From positions 6,948,786-7,012,785 of the forward strand of contig NC_057724.1 in assembly GCF_004010195.1 (NCBI RefSeq): a stretch of DNA of 64,000 bases, written 5' to 3'. Positions within the stretch are counted from its first letter, which is position 1. Each line of letters starts with the position of its first letter. Source of the stretch: Chiloscyllium plagiosum. Its lineage: Eukaryota. Under the pieces are notes generated by a model, which searched no databases, had not been told where the DNA came from, and saw nothing but the letters and a program-made list of their open reading frames with translations. Positions 62,531 through 64,000 of the stretch are shown here, piece by piece. The position numbers and the translations under genes are program-made.

Positions 62531-64000
62531 TGCTCACCTCCGACAAGGCCATCTGAGCTTGGGACCAAAGGTAAGTAAAAAGAAAAATAAAGTAGTTGGA
62601 GCGGACGAACCCCAGCTCAGAATTTAGGAAGCGATCTTGTCAAAACACTTAAAATGATTAAGAAACTCAATGACGTAAAGAGAGAGAATCTAATGGTGGA
62701 GACAGCCATCCCACAAATGGCACTAAAAGCAGGAGGAGAGGGACAAACCCACCCTTCAGCAGTGAATGGGACCCAGGGACATCTCTTGCTAGTGGCAATT
62801 AGCTTTCCCAACACAGCCATCCGTAAGAAAGAGAGCTTCCCTCCCTTAGAACTAAGCACCAACCAGCAAGTGGGCATATCAGCAGTCCCAACAGTACCAC
62901 TGGGAGACAAGGCCACTACTGGTACTGCAACTGGTGGAAGAGCACCATATCAATGGAATGTGCTCTCACAAGTAGGCACGTGGGGTCTGGGACAATCAGC
63001 CAACCCCCGTGCTGTGGGGCTGTTGCAGGTGTAGATGGGTTGCTAAGGCAGATCCTGCCATTGACTCAAGGAAACCAATGTCTATAAATGGATTGCCCCT
63101 CTGTGGACCAAAGAGTGCCCAGATAGGAATCTCTCCCCGCTTCTACTCAAAGCCTGCTGGGATCACTGCCATGCCTCACCAGGAATTCTCCGCACGCAGA
63201 GGAGTGCTGACCATTGGCAAGGCGGCATGGCAGGAGGACAACAAGCCTGGGCGCTACCAACTTGGCCATCTTTCCTCGCCATTTTACAGACGCCACTGCC
63301 AGTCAACCTGTTGGTGGGAAAATCCTATCCCTATTTCTCTCACGGTGAGCAGAATTAGAGCTGACCCCAAAAGGGAGCTTCCGGAATCTCAAAGAAGCTT
63401 TTTATTGTGTAGGAAAATGGAGCAGATCAGCCCTGGTATGGCTGCTTGGGGTTTGCAGACTTGTGAGAATGAATACCTACAACTCTCCCTACATTTCTCT
63501 TCAAACTTGGGAGTCGCTGGACAATTGGAATGGATTTGGGAGTACAAACACAGTGAGACATTTTTGGAGCGGACCGAGAAGTTAATTTGATGTGGAAGGG
63601 GATAGAGTTAAGGATGGATTTTTTTTTTTGGTGGAAAAGAGCTGAACAGGTTGGTTAGGGAAGATGACCAGAGAAGAGAGAATCATTCCCAATGTCAGCC
63701 AGTGTGGATAGCACGGAGGAAATCTGACTGGTCAGCAGCTCGGTGAAACCCAACCCTATTAAATACATAAATCATACACATTCAGCAGCCAGCCGTTCCT
63801 CGAGAACGTTAAAAGGGCATTTTATTTTGCTATGATCAGATTTGCTGAACAGAAAACCACTGTGCAAATGGAGAATTTAATGAGAATAAACAGTGTATGA
63901 GCTGCAAATCTTACAGCAGCATGATGTTTAATAAAGGTCAGTTATGACGAAGATTGGCAAAGCAATGATTATAAAAGATTAATTATGTTAATTAGATATC

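Noticed and set aside
63009-63590. 193-aa ORF
   Set aside because: Non-ATG start, no domain motifs, lies in probable old repeat DNA.

Overview
Repeat-dense, AT-rich vertebrate non-coding DNA. It is almost certainly from a shark, inferred from HE1-type tRNA-derived SINEs paired with HER1/CR1-type LINE 3' ends. I recognise no host protein-coding exon; the ORF-track entries I can identify are transposon fragments or SINE read-through. Main contents: a degraded Copia (GalEa-like) gag-protease-integrase fossil (about 935-2970, minus); an internally deleted L1-clade LINE with a 13-bp TSD (15376-21300) carrying a young CR1 insertion; many CR1, Rex/Babar and older LINE fragments; about 12 HE1 SINEs; DeuSINE relics; a solo LTR; two TA-flanked MITEs; and a Harbinger transposase fossil. 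The most striking signal is at least 12 minimal hammerhead-ribozyme motifs from three Penelope-like element (PLE) families, often in short fold-back insertions with TSDs. One insertion (5877-6251) holds an inverted 160-bp copy of DNA lying about 600 bp downstream, between two ribozyme arms. Other leads are a duplicated 155-bp block containing twin 13-nt microexon-like units, an apparent non-autonomous Pol II-type retroposon family with a Rex-like tail, and POU/Meis motif clusters. All calls come from manual reading; family names need database confirmation and boundaries of old elements are approximate.
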